Shown here: piece after piece, positions 47,422 to 58,359 of the stretch
Position numbering within the stretch: position 1 is the stretch's first letter
Layout: each line of letters begins with the position of its first letter
Source: a virus
IMG/VR virus record: IMGVR_UViG_3300046171_000138
Length of the DNA stretch: 64,000 nucleotides
Reading direction: 5' to 3' (one strand)
Position numbers and translations under genes: made by a program
The notes under the pieces: generated by a model
Database searches by the model: none
Told to the model about the DNA's origin: nothing
Seen by the model: only the letters and a program-made list of their open reading frames with translations

Positions 47422-49220
47422 AGTACATTCAAGTAAATAATTTAGATTTTGCAGATATCAAGACTGCGCTCAAAGATTACTTAAGAGCGCAGACTGATTT
47501 TGTCGATTTTGATTTTGAAGGGTCTGCCTGGAGTAATTTGCTAGATGTACTAGCATATAATACGTATTACACCGCGTTCAACACGAACATGGTGGCTAAT
47601 GAGTTGTTTTTGGAGTCAGCAACACTCCGTGATAACGTTGTATCTCTTGCGAAACAATTAGGATATAAACCAAAGTCTATTGTTTCTCCGCAAGCAACAG
47701 TTAATTTTCAAGTAAATTTTACAGGAACATACCCAAGTGTCATTACCTTGAAGAAAGGCACGGGATTTGTTACTACATTTGATGATCAGTTATATCGTTT
47801 TGTCGTAATTGATGATTACAAAGCGGGGGTTGTTAACGGTCAAGCAATTTTTGAGAACGTTGTACTCCAAGAAGGTACTCTCATTGAAGAGACTTATACC
47901 AAGTCTACGGTATTAAAAAATCAAAAGTTCATTCTAAAGAACAGTGGTGCGGACACAAGCACACTGCGTGTCAAGGTATTCCCCATCGAGGGAGCATCAG
48001 AGTTTGCATACTACAATCAGATCAACAATATCATTGATATTGGAGCATCTGACAAGATCTATTACGTAGATGAAAACGCTGATGAGCAATATCAACTCTT
48101 TTTTGGTGATGGTGTAGTTGGATCTGCGCTAGAGAATGATAACTTTGTTGAGGTATCATACTTAATTTCTGGTGGTGCTGCAGCAAATGGCGCTAGTGTA
48201 TTTACATTTAGTGGTGTTCTACAGGATAATAACGGTACTGCATACCCACTTACGGTAACTAACATTACAACAGTTTCTGCAGCTGATGGTGGAGCGGGAA
48301 TTGAAAGTATTGATAAGATTAAGTTCAATGCTCCTAAACTATATGCCACACAGAACAGAGCAGTTACTGCAATGGACTATGGTGCTATTGTAAGAGAAAT
48401 TTATCCTGCAGTATCTGACATCATTACATATGGTGGTGAAGAGGAGAGATACCCTGAATTTGGTAAAGTCAAGATTGTCATCAAACCAGATAGTGGTGCT
48501 ACACTTTCTAGTGTGACTAAAAAGCAAATTATTGCTAGATTGAAAGACTATGCTGTAGCATCAGTCACTCCAGAAATCAAGGATCCATCAATCTTGTATC
48601 TAGAACTAGACAGTAGAGTCAGTTTCAATACACGTATTACAAATCAATTCCCTACTGATGTTAAAACTAAAGTCACTAATTCAGTAGAAGAGTATACTAA
48701 ACTATCTGATACCGAGAAATTTAACGGCAAATTTAGATATAGTAAGTATGTTGGAGTAATTGACAACGCTGATCGTTCAGTTACTTCCAACACTACGACA
48801 GTAATGATGAGGAAGGATTTCTATCCACAAATCAATACTACTACTTACTACGAACTTTGTTTCCAGAACCCATTTAAGTTGTCATGTCCTGAAGATGGAC
48901 CTGTTGTTATGTCAACAGGATTCAAGGTCACTGCTTATCCCAATGTTGTCGTTTATTTTGAAGACAGGGATGGTAAAATCGTCCTATATAGATTGGATCC
49001 TGGTACAGGTGAAAAGATTGTCCTGAACGACAATATTGGCGATGTTGATTATGAGGAAGGCGAAATCAAATTATATGATGTAACCATCTTACAGGGAACC
49101 TTCTTTGACAACAGAATCTCGGTTCGAGTGATCCCACGTAACAATGACATCAGTGCATCTAGACACATGTATCTAGATTTAGATGTTGCAAATAGCAAGT
49201 TCGCGGTATATCCAGAGTAA
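47418..49220 (+). CDS. g6: Baseplate wedge subunit gp6
   Basis: LDFADIKTALKDYLRAQTDFVDFDFEGS..SNLLDVLAYNTYYTAFNTNMVANELFLESATLRDNVVSLAK, and QNRAVT..DY. Confidence 0.95.
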   Translation: MKYIQVNNLDFADIKTALKDYLRAQTDFVDFDFEGSAWSNLLDVLAYNTYYTAFNTNMVANELFLESATLRDNVVSLAKQLGYKPKSIVSPQATVNFQVNFTGTYPSVITLKKGTGFVTTFDDQLYRFVVIDDYKAGVVNGQAIFENVVLQEGTLIEETYTKSTVLKNQKFILKNSGADTSTLRVKVFPIEGASEFAYYNQINNIIDIGASDKIYYVDENADEQYQLFFGDGVVGSALENDNFVEVSYLISGGAAANGASVFTFSGVLQDNNGTAYPLTVTNITTVSAADGGAGIESIDKIKFNAPKLYATQNRAVTAMDYGAIVREIYPAVSDIITYGGEEERYPEFGKVKIVIKPDSGATLSSVTKKQIIARLKDYAVASVTPEIKDPSILYLELDSRVSFNTRITNQFPTDVKTKVTNSVEEYTKLSDTEKFNGKFRYSKYVGVIDNADRSVTSNTTTVMMRKDFYPQINTTTYYELCFQNPFKLSCPEDGPVVMSTGFKVTAYPNVVVYFEDRDGKIVLYRLDPGTGEKIVLNDNIGDVDYEEGEIKLYDVTILQGTFFDNRISVRVIPRNNDISASRHMYLDLDVANSKFAVYPE

Positions 49221-49223
49221 TAG

Positions 49224-52200
49224 ATGAGTACACAGATTTCGGCTCTAATTGAAGACCAACTTCCTGGGTTTATTGTTTCTGAATACGAAAACTTTTCGAG
49301 TATTTTAGAAGCATACTATCGACAACAGGAATCGGTCGGTCAACCTCTTGATATCATCAGCAACATTACGAAATATCGTGATGTTGATTTTTATGAGAAG
49401 AATTTACTGAAAGAATCTACTACAGTTGCTTTGACTGTAAATGCATCCTCCACGACTTTGGTAGTCGCTGATGCTAGTTCATTTCCAGAGAAGAACGGAT
49501 ATATTAGAGTTGGAACAGAAATCTGTTTCTACAAAGAGAGAACAGATACAGAATTTTTAGATGTCTCTAGAGGAGTGAGTGGTACAACCATTCTCGGAGA
49601 CCTACACAATGAGTCCACATTTGTGTCTACATCAGCAGTAGACCACTATGTTGGTGAAGATGTACATAACTTAAGTCATCTGTTCTTGTATGCCTTTGTA
49701 AGGGCATTTGAGCGAGAGTACCTAGTTAACTTCCCAGAAGCATACTTGAAGGATGATGTAGACAAGAGACTCCTAATCAAGAACATTGGAGACTTCTACA
49801 AAACTAAAGGTGGCAACAAATCTATCAGATTCATCTTCAATACTATTGTATCAAAGAGATCTGATGATATTCCAACTACATACTTTCCAAAAGATAGCAC
49901 AGTAAAGGTATCGGAATCTGATTGGTCTGCTGTATTTGCAGTACAAGCAATCGTTTTGAGTGGTGATGCCAATAAATTGATTGGTAAGACTATTATCCAG
50001 CAAGAGGATAAGAATTCTATTGGATCTTCATATGCATCTGCTAATGTAGAGAATATAATCCAAATTGGTAAAGTAGGAGACTATGGTCTTTATAATTTAA
50101 TTATCGACCCTGTTTCTGTAAATGGCAATTTTAACATCCCCCAAAAGACAGTGCTGGACAGGGTTTTGGGGACCTCTCTTACAACTAACGATACAATCAC
50201 TGTAGACTCTACTTTAGGTTGGAGCTCCCAAGAAGGGTTTGTGCAGATCAATGGTGAGATCATTGAGTACGAAGGAAAAACAGCACGACAGTTTGTTATC
50301 AAAGAACGTGGAACTGTCACGAGAATTCACAATGTCGGTGACATTGTAACTAGTTACTCTAATGTAAGAAGTGACGATGTTAGTTTGCTTCTATATGGTA
50401 TTCTAACAAAACTTTCTCCAGATGTAGTATATCCTTACTCACAAACAGGAGATAAGATTCAGATTTCTAAACCTGGATTTGAAACTAGAAATACCATCAT
50501 TTATGACGAATCATCTAGATCTGTAAGGTGGAAAGTAAATACCACAGGTGCTTATGCTTCGGTTCCTCTTAATCCTGGTGTAGGTCTCCCACTTCAAAAA
50601 TATTTGGCTGATGTCAGTGCTGTCTATCAAGACGGTCAGTATTACTATATTGCTACTTCCTCATATCCATCTACACCTATTCTTACTGGTCAAGATCAAC
50701 CTAACTTGGTTGATGGAAATCAACTCAAGCTTATTCCCAAAACTACTAGTACGACCACTGAAGTCTATAAAACCCCATTTAGAGACATCGGTGTATTTGT
50801 AGACGGTAGTATTGCTTTTGGATATAAAAGCGAGGATCAGATTGCATATGGCAACATCCAATCTTACACATTGACCTCCAGAGGTTCTGGATACACAAAA
50901 CCTCCTTTTGTTCTTATTAATGGTGAAGAGCAACTAGCTTTGTCAACTTTAGTCGGTGATACTGTAAACTCTGTATTTACTCGTCTCGATAAGAATTATA
51001 CAGCAGATCCTCTAGTAGAAATTGTTAGTGGACGAAATGGTGTAGCAGAAGCTATTGTAACTTCTGGAGAAATTACTAGTATTCGTCTAATTAATGCTGG
51101 AGAATATTATTCAGCACCCCCAGTTGTTGTTATTACCGATTTGGCAGGAAAAGGTAGATTTGCAGAATTTAGAGCGACTGTTGATACCAAAGGTAAGATT
51201 ACTGGATTTGAACAAGTTGATGGTGGTAAATTCTATACTCAAGAGAATGTACGAGTACAAATTGTAGAAGAGGCAAGAAACAATCCTGCAGCAGCAACTG
51301 CCACGATTTACAGGTGGGTAAAAGACCGATATTTTAATAATTCTAATTTCATTGATGATAACGGTGGTCTTGCAATAAAAGACCTCATAGAAAATGAATT
51401 TTACTATGGTGTGGTTGCAAACCCCAAACGTCTTCGTTTTAGACTAGGGGACAATTTAACACCAACTCAATTCCAAGAGACTCCTACTTTAACACACTCG
51501 CCCATCCTAGGTTATGCCTATGATGGCAATCCGATTTACGGTCCTTACGGTTACAGCAACCCACTATCTGATCAATCTTCTATTGCAAGGATGAATAGTG
51601 GATATCAGCTTAAATCCAGTCGAACTGATGGTCCAGTAGACGCTCCATATGACATGGGAACGTTTGTAGATGACTATGAATGGATTGCTACTGTTGATAC
51701 TGGTAAGACTCGTCTTGATGTTAATAATGGTAGATTCTGTGTAACACCAGAATATCCACAAGGTACATATGCATACTTTGTGACTATTGATGCTACTAAT
51801 ACTCCTGCGTACCCTTATATCCTTGGAGAGAACTTCTATTCTCTACCAGTTAGGTCTAACTACGAAAGTAAAGTAACTCAAAGATCTATTCCCATCACAT
51901 CTGAACGTTTATTCATTCCAGGAACGTTGAAGAATGGTTCTGAAGAAATTGCGTATATTGATACTGTAAGTAAAGGATTTGTTAATACAGTAGATATTGA
52001 AGATTCTCAACCTACGTTCCAAATTGGATCAAGAATATATGTAGATGACAGTGGCACTGGTGGATCTGGTGCTGCTGGTATTGTTGCATCTACATTTGGT
52101 AAGACTGTCTCTGGTATTGAGTCTAAAGAGACCAAAGCAGCTCTATTGACATCTCTTTCTAGCTTCTTTGCATTTGAGGGTGATATTATCACTCAAGAAA

Positions 52201-55200
52201 CTACAGGTGCAACTGGTGAAGTTATTAGAGACATTTCAGAAGAAAATGAAATTGGTGTCAGAAATATCACTGGATCTTTCGAGTCTGGATATGAAATCAA
52301 TTCTTCTACTCAAGTAATCAATTTACTACTATCTCAAAACAGTTCTTACACTTTAGGAGAAACTCTTGCTTTAGTTCTATTTGAGGATCCAACAACAGAG
52401 ATTGCTACTGGAGAAATCCTAAATCAAACTATTGACCAAAATTCAGTTCGTCTGAAGGTTACGAGTGGTGATTTTGCTGATTATCTCAATTATAATGAAG
52501 GTGAAGTAATTCTTAAAAGTTCTGACCTAGGTAATACTGCAGGAACAGAGATTGTAATTATCAATCAATTGAGTAGAGATATTAATATTACTGATGTTGA
52601 TGAGTCTATTGCTATTCTAGAAACAACTGAAAATCATGACTTTGGTACTGGAGATATTATTAATATCACAGTAGATCCTGATCCTGCTACTACAGAGACA
52701 ACTTATTATGTAACGAAGAAAAAGTTTCAAGAGATCACTTTACTTCCAAATGAATATAGTGCAAAGGTTGATGATACTGGTGTTGGTGAGTCTACTGTAC
52801 TTGGTTTAGGTAAAGATTACATTTCTGGGGAGTATACTGATGTCCCTCTTGTATTTGCTAATTCTGCTTTGTCGAGATCTGACGTAGTAGCAGCAAAGGC
52901 ATCTGTAAGTGTAGATACTGCTAATTTTGATAATAGCGGTAATATTGGTAATATTACCATCACTAGTGCTGGTGCAAATTATAAAGCAGACGATATCTTA
53001 ACAATTGATCCATCTGCTATTGCTAAAGTAGATGCAGCTGATTCAGACATCTCTCCGATTCTATCGATGGTGTATTTGAATCAAACAGAAGTTGATTCTT
53101 ATGCACAGAAAAGATTCTTCGTTGCTGAAGCAGATTATCCAACTGTTGTAACAGCACTGGGCACTCCTGGCGGATTCTTCCAAAATGATTCTGGTGGCAC
53201 TAATCTCATCTATATTTCTAAAGATGATGCAAATTTTTCCATCACTTACTTTGTTGCTGATACTGAAGGTGAAGATTTAACTACTTCAGATACTATTAGT
53301 GGTGTTGCAATTACTAGTGTTGACATATACAGCCCTCCAGGTAGTCTTAAACCCCAATACAGATTTGAAGATGATCAAGGTGAGCGAAACCCAGATTATG
53401 AAATACGAGTAGGATCTACTCTTACTTTACAACCAATGCCTGGTCATGCAGTGCATGTTGTATCTGACATTGAGTTGGGACTCAAAGATGATGGTCGTGC
53501 TCAATTTACTGTCGATTATACAGTTGCTGCTGGTGTTACTAACAGTGGATCTGTAACAGATCCTATTGTCTTTGTACCTACAGTTCCTGGTGTATATCAA
53601 TATGTCTGTGTAACTCATCCAGAAGCTCGTGGAACTATCACAGTGTATCCTGCACCAAGTGCTGCTGGTCCACTAATTAACGTTGATGCTGTTGGTTTTG
53701 GTGTTGATAGAACAGACGTAAACGTTACTAATACTTTTGCAGCATCAGTTGACGATCTTGTATCTATTGGTAACGAAATTATTAAAATTACTGCTGTAGA
53801 TACAGATAATAAAAATATTTCGGTAGCAAGAGCTCAAGAAGGAACTATTAAAGTTAACCATTCTAATGATAAAGAATTAGTATCTTATTTGCCGAATTAC
53901 CGATTTGCAGAGGGTACAAGAATTGGAACTGGCGTCAATGCACCAGTAGTTGTTTCTTACAATAAGGAAACTAAAAAACTAATTGTCAACTGGGATTACA
54001 ATGCAACTAGTCCTGTTGCTTTGACTACAGTATCTTCAATTGTTGATACCAGTAGTCCACAAAAAATCGTTACTGTCGGTTCAGTAGGTGATGTTGTTGA
54101 TAAGCTTCTATTCTCTACAGATAACACAAGTTTCCTCACTAATCCTATTGTAGATATTCAAAAGTATTATTTCTACAAGTTTGATGTAAGTCATCCTTCG
54201 ATGTTGAACTCTTACCTTGATATTTCAACCAGTCCAAACTTCAATGTCTTTACTGAAGAAAAAGAAGTTGGTTTGAATGAACCTGGTAATGCTGGTGCGT
54301 TTGTGAGAATTAGACTTGGATATGGCGCAAACATTGGAGAACAAACAAGAAAAGATGTTAACTTCACAAGTTACTACTATTTCTTGACTTCTTCCACAAC
54401 TGATACTGAAGGATCTTATCTTCGTATTGTTGATGACCCTCTATCGGGTAGAAAAGAAGTTGCATATACCACAGACAAAAAAGTTGTCTACAAACTTTCT
54501 GATGTTCCTCAATATGATGGAACTGGAGAGATTAGATATACAGGTAGGTCAGTTGGTAAGATTCATTCTATCAAATTAGACAATCTTGGATCTGAATATG
54601 ATAAGTTGCCAATTATTAAAGGTGTAGTCCCTGCAGATGGATACAAAGCAGTCGTTACTGCTATTAGGGATATAGCCACTAATAACATTATTTCAATTGA
54701 TATTGTTACTCCAGGTCAAGGATATTCCAAACCAGAAGTTGTTGTTGCTTCTGGTCTAGGAAGTGGTCTTAAAGCAATTGCTGATGTAAAGGATGGTATC
54801 ATCACTCAAGTTAGAATTACTGATCCTGGTAATTATACCACCACACCAGAACTAGAAATTATTGAAACAGACAATAAGATGTTTTTTGTGTCTGATAATA
54901 TTGGTCGTCCACAAAACGTTAATTTTGTAAGAAATGGATCTGGATTCCATAGTGATAGTACGATTAGATCAAATTACTATTCACCTAATGTTTTTATTCT
55001 TGATAGCTTTGATTTAGATGCATTTAGACCTGGCGAAACTATTGAACAGAAAGTAAATGGTATTATTGTTGCTCAAGGCATAGTTGCTCAAAATGGATGG
55101 AGAGTAGGATCTAATATTCTACGTTTGGAAGATATTGTCGGTGTTTTTAAAGAGGGACAGACTATCATTGGAAAGAGTAGAAAGAAAACTGCTCGTATCA

Positions 55201-58200
55201 AGACAATCAGTAGATCTTCGTTTATTCCTAACATTGTTACTAGAGAAAAAACAATTGGTAGATTTACTTCCGACAGAGGAAAGGTAAGTTCTAGCAATCA
55301 AAGAATCCATGATTCTAATTTCTATCAAGATTATTCCTATGTTGTTAGATCTAGGACACCAATCAACCAGTGGCGTGATGTAATTAAGGATACCACACAT
55401 CCAGCTGGATTTAAGATGTTTGGTGAAGTCTATTTGGAATCTGAAGGTGTATCTAATATGCCTTCTAGTCAAAAAGCATTTAAGTCCACCATGTATTTGT
55501 GTGGTCCTCCTCTTGCAGTTTCTTCTTTGTCTACAAAGAGAACTATCCAGCAACAGGTAATTAAAGTAAAAGACTCTAGAGTTGTTAGAGGCGAAGGATC
55601 AGTTTCTGTATCCGATTTTGACGAAACTCTTACCAGAGTAAGAGAACTTAAGTTGTCTCCTGCTTTTGACGGTAGATATGACCCACAGACTGGTCTGAAA
55701 ATTGGCAACAAACAGTTTACCATTACTGATGCTGCAACTGGCACTGCATACACACCATATAATGAGCAAGAAATTTTAATGACCATTGATGGCATTGCAC
55801 AAAGACCAGGATATTCTTTTAAAGTAGTAGGTAATCAACTTTCCTTCTTTGAACCACCACTTGGTCCAAGAGTTACCGAAGATCAGCTTGTTCCCCCACA
55901 GAATGCATATATTAGAGCATTTAAGTTCAGAGAAGATACAGATAATGCACGTTATCTAAAGCGTTTAAAAAATATTGCAGATTCTTTCGATGGCAGAACT
56001 AGAATCTTTGATTTGAACTGGGAAGATGGTAGTGTTGTAAAAACACAGGTCAACGAAGACTTGTTTGTATATCTTGATGGAGTATTGCAGCAAGGTTCTT
56101 ATGAGATCAGAAGATTTTCGAGTGCAAACAAAACAGATCGTATCGCTTTTGTCAAAGCACCCAAAAACTACAAAGATCTTTATGATGCAGATGCTTTTCC
56201 ACAAGAACTGCAGAACGAAACATATTTTTATGGATTTGGTGTAGGTCTATACGAAAGACTTGGTATCGACAAGAGAATAGTTCCTTATACTCAAAACAAT
56301 CAATACCTAATCTATGACTCAAACAATAATGTAAAAACTATTGACAATCCATTATATGCATATGTTTATGTGGATGGCGTTCTCCAAAAGCAAGATCTGT
56401 CATACAAGATCAATGGAGCTTCAATTACTTTTATGCAACCATTGGAATATTCGGAACAGGCAGATGGATCTTATACTTGTGCAAGAGTAGATATTATCCG
56501 TTTGTATGGTAAGAACTATCAATCTACTCTTAATATCTTTAATTATGAACAGGATGCTTTCTATAACAGAGCAACTGTAACTTTTGATGGCGTAGGTACA
56601 TATGATACCATGTCTTCTTGGTATGTTTTAAATACTAGTGATAGAACTAGTGTTGTTCAAGGAGATAGAGTTTGGGGTGAACTTATCAGTATCCAAAAGG
56701 GCACTGGAAATCAATGGATTGCTGTATTAAAATCACAAAATATTGATTTTGTTGCTGGATCTGATGTCACTTTTGATAGATTTGATGGAGATCCTTTGAC
56801 AATTAGTTTTACAGACTTCTCAATTGCATATACAACAAATGTTGCTGGAGAACGTATTCTCAATCGTGTAGAAGCTAACTATATTCCTTTCTTGCCTACT
56901 AATGATTCTTTTGATAGTTATGACTATCGTGGTGAGATTCTGAAAGAGCATCCAACTCTCCGTAGAGGAGATAAGATCATGATTGACGGTGAAAGTGAAT
57001 ATCGTAATATTATTAGTTCTCCACTTTTTGCCAAAACAACTGATTATCGTAAAGGCGGTAATGCTTCTGCTAACTTCTTTGCTAAAGTTGCTTCTTCTGA
57101 TTATAACGGAGATGTTCTTGGTGAAGGTCTGTCAGTTACAACAACCATTGATACTGGTAAGGTAACCTCTTTGAATTGGAATAGGAGGGAACTAACATAT
57201 TTCTTCCAAAATAGTATTCTTATCAATCCTACTGCCTATAACTATAATACCCCACCAGTATTAAACTTCATTCCTACGAATGGTGAGGGTGGCGGTGCTA
57301 GAGCACAAGTTTTGGTATATGGTGGTCAAATTATTGACATCATTTTAGTAGATGGTGGTTCTGGATATACTGCTCCTCCAAGAGTTGTTATTTCTAGAGG
57401 ATATAATATTCTTCGTGAAAATAACCATCCAGAATTTTCTTTAATTAGAACTATTTTTGGAGGTCAAGGTGAAGGGTTGAATGCAACTATTCAAACTACA
57501 TCATCTGTTATTGATCTATATCGACGTAACTTGCTTGAGCATGTTGCTATTATACAATCTCCTAATCCTCTTGGAACCGCGAGATTGATTGGTAGGAGAA
57601 TGGATTTAGTTACTCCTGAAATTGGAATGGGAATCCCATCCGAGCAGGATATTATTAAACGTATTCAATGTGTTGTAGCAACACAATCACCTGCTGCTAT
57701 TGAGCAACCAACTTTTATTAGAGTGTTCCTTGAAGTAGAGGATATTGGATTTGCATCATTCCGAGCAGATAAGACCAGATATTTTAATTCTGGTGTTATT
57801 GCCTTGGATGAAAATCCAGTTACTTATCCACAATTCTACTCACAAGGTAAATTGGGAGGTACTGTAGCTTCCTTTATTGATTACTTGTACATAGATGTTG
57901 GTTATGCAAATGTATCAGGTATTACTCTTGAGCAACTTGAATTGACATATACACAATTCAAGGGTATCAGCGAAGGTGTTGATACTTGGATGGATAATAT
58001 GGCATTGAATAATACATCACTAACAACTGATGGAACTCTATTCAATCCTGGAATTCCATCTATCCAAGAGCTGATGTCTTATCTAGATGCACCGTTGACT
58101 GCATCTTCTATTGTAATCTATATTCCAGATACCACTAATTTCCCTGATAGTGGTAAATTACTTGTCGGTAAAGAACTTGTAACCTACACATCTAAATTAT

Positions 58201-58304
58201 CTGATCGTCTTATTGGTGTTACAAGAGGTGTTGACAACACAACAGCAGCAGCACATACTGCTGGTCAGTTCATCAGAACTATCGGTCTAGAGACAACTCT
58301 CTAA
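49224..58304 (+). CDS. g7: Baseplate wedge initiator gp7 (3,026 aa, with accessory domains)
   Basis: Lies between g6 and g8. Motifs include QLPGFIVSEY..F...LEAYY, KNIGDFYKTKG...IRFIF, and YQDYSYVVRS...WRDVIKDTTHPAGFKMFGE. Confidence 0.88.
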   Translation: MSTQISALIEDQLPGFIVSEYENFSSILEAYYRQQESVGQPLDIISNITKYRDVDFYEKNLLKESTTVALTVNASSTTLVVADASSFPEKNGYIRVGTEICFYKERTDTEFLDVSRGVSGTTILGDLHNESTFVSTSAVDHYVGEDVHNLSHLFLYAFVRAFEREYLVNFPEAYLKDDVDKRLLIKNIGDFYKTKGGNKSIRFIFNTIVSKRSDDIPTTYFPKDSTVKVSESDWSAVFAVQAIVLSGDANKLIGKTIIQQEDKNSIGSSYASANVENIIQIGKVGDYGLYNLIIDPVSVNGNFNIPQKTVLDRVLGTSLTTNDTITVDSTLGWSSQEGFVQINGEIIEYEGKTARQFVIKERGTVTRIHNVGDIVTSYSNVRSDDVSLLLYGILTKLSPDVVYPYSQTGDKIQISKPGFETRNTIIYDESSRSVRWKVNTTGAYASVPLNPGVGLPLQKYLADVSAVYQDGQYYYIATSSYPSTPILTGQDQPNLVDGNQLKLIPKTTSTTTEVYKTPFRDIGVFVDGSIAFGYKSEDQIAYGNIQSYTLTSRGSGYTKPPFVLINGEEQLALSTLVGDTVNSVFTRLDKNYTADPLVEIVSGRNGVAEAIVTSGEITSIRLINAGEYYSAPPVVVITDLAGKGRFAEFRATVDTKGKITGFEQVDGGKFYTQENVRVQIVEEARNNPAAATATIYRWVKDRYFNNSNFIDDNGGLAIKDLIENEFYYGVVANPKRLRFRLGDNLTPTQFQETPTLTHSPILGYAYDGNPIYGPYGYSNPLSDQSSIARMNSGYQLKSSRTDGPVDAPYDMGTFVDDYEWIATVDTGKTRLDVNNGRFCVTPEYPQGTYAYFVTIDATNTPAYPYILGENFYSLPVRSNYESKVTQRSIPITSERLFIPGTLKNGSEEIAYIDTVSKGFVNTVDIEDSQPTFQIGSRIYVDDSGTGGSGAAGIVASTFGKTVSGIESKETKAALLTSLSSFFAFEGDIITQETTGATGEVIRDISEENEIGVRNITGSFESGYEINSSTQVINLLLSQNSSYTLGETLALVLFEDPTTEIATGEILNQTIDQNSVRLKVTSGDFADYLNYNEGEVILKSSDLGNTAGTEIVIINQLSRDINITDVDESIAILETTENHDFGTGDIINITVDPDPATTETTYYVTKKKFQEITLLPNEYSAKVDDTGVGESTVLGLGKDYISGEYTDVPLVFANSALSRSDVVAAKASVSVDTANFDNSGNIGNITITSAGANYKADDILTIDPSAIAKVDAADSDISPILSMVYLNQTEVDSYAQKRFFVAEADYPTVVTALGTPGGFFQNDSGGTNLIYISKDDANFSITYFVADTEGEDLTTSDTISGVAITSVDIYSPPGSLKPQYRFEDDQGERNPDYEIRVGSTLTLQPMPGHAVHVVSDIELGLKDDGRAQFTVDYTVAAGVTNSGSVTDPIVFVPTVPGVYQYVCVTHPEARGTITVYPAPSAAGPLINVDAVGFGVDRTDVNVTNTFAASVDDLVSIGNEIIKITAVDTDNKNISVARAQEGTIKVNHSNDKELVSYLPNYRFAEGTRIGTGVNAPVVVSYNKETKKLIVNWDYNATSPVALTTVSSIVDTSSPQKIVTVGSVGDVVDKLLFSTDNTSFLTNPIVDIQKYYFYKFDVSHPSMLNSYLDISTSPNFNVFTEEKEVGLNEPGNAGAFVRIRLGYGANIGEQTRKDVNFTSYYYFLTSSTTDTEGSYLRIVDDPLSGRKEVAYTTDKKVVYKLSDVPQYDGTGEIRYTGRSVGKIHSIKLDNLGSEYDKLPIIKGVVPADGYKAVVTAIRDIATNNIISIDIVTPGQGYSKPEVVVASGLGSGLKAIADVKDGIITQVRITDPGNYTTTPELEIIETDNKMFFVSDNIGRPQNVNFVRNGSGFHSDSTIRSNYYSPNVFILDSFDLDAFRPGETIEQKVNGIIVAQGIVAQNGWRVGSNILRLEDIVGVFKEGQTIIGKSRKKTARIKTISRSSFIPNIVTREKTIGRFTSDRGKVSSSNQRIHDSNFYQDYSYVVRSRTPINQWRDVIKDTTHPAGFKMFGEVYLESEGVSNMPSSQKAFKSTMYLCGPPLAVSSLSTKRTIQQQVIKVKDSRVVRGEGSVSVSDFDETLTRVRELKLSPAFDGRYDPQTGLKIGNKQFTITDAATGTAYTPYNEQEILMTIDGIAQRPGYSFKVVGNQLSFFEPPLGPRVTEDQLVPPQNAYIRAFKFREDTDNARYLKRLKNIADSFDGRTRIFDLNWEDGSVVKTQVNEDLFVYLDGVLQQGSYEIRRFSSANKTDRIAFVKAPKNYKDLYDADAFPQELQNETYFYGFGVGLYERLGIDKRIVPYTQNNQYLIYDSNNNVKTIDNPLYAYVYVDGVLQKQDLSYKINGASITFMQPLEYSEQADGSYTCARVDIIRLYGKNYQSTLNIFNYEQDAFYNRATVTFDGVGTYDTMSSWYVLNTSDRTSVVQGDRVWGELISIQKGTGNQWIAVLKSQNIDFVAGSDVTFDRFDGDPLTISFTDFSIAYTTNVAGERILNRVEANYIPFLPTNDSFDSYDYRGEILKEHPTLRRGDKIMIDGESEYRNIISSPLFAKTTDYRKGGNASANFFAKVASSDYNGDVLGEGLSVTTTIDTGKVTSLNWNRRELTYFFQNSILINPTAYNYNTPPVLNFIPTNGEGGGARAQVLVYGGQIIDIILVDGGSGYTAPPRVVISRGYNILRENNHPEFSLIRTIFGGQGEGLNATIQTTSSVIDLYRRNLLEHVAIIQSPNPLGTARLIGRRMDLVTPEIGMGIPSEQDIIKRIQCVVATQSPAAIEQPTFIRVFLEVEDIGFASFRADKTRYFNSGVIALDENPVTYPQFYSQGKLGGTVASFIDYLYIDVGYANVSGITLEQLELTYTQFKGISEGVDTWMDNMALNNTSLTTDGTLFNPGIPSIQELMSYLDAPLTASSIVIYIPDTTNFPDSGKLLVGKELVTYTSKLSDRLIGVTRGVDNTTAAAHTAGQFIRTIGLETTL

Positions 58305-58312
58305 AAACACCG

Positions 58313-58326
58313 TATAAATATAAATA
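58313..58326 (+). promoter_or_regulatory. Two overlapping T4 late promoters
   Basis: TATAAATA at 58313 and at 58319. Confidence 0.85.
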
Positions 58327-58359
58327 ACACAGAAATCCAACCCGTATCTCTTAATTTCA

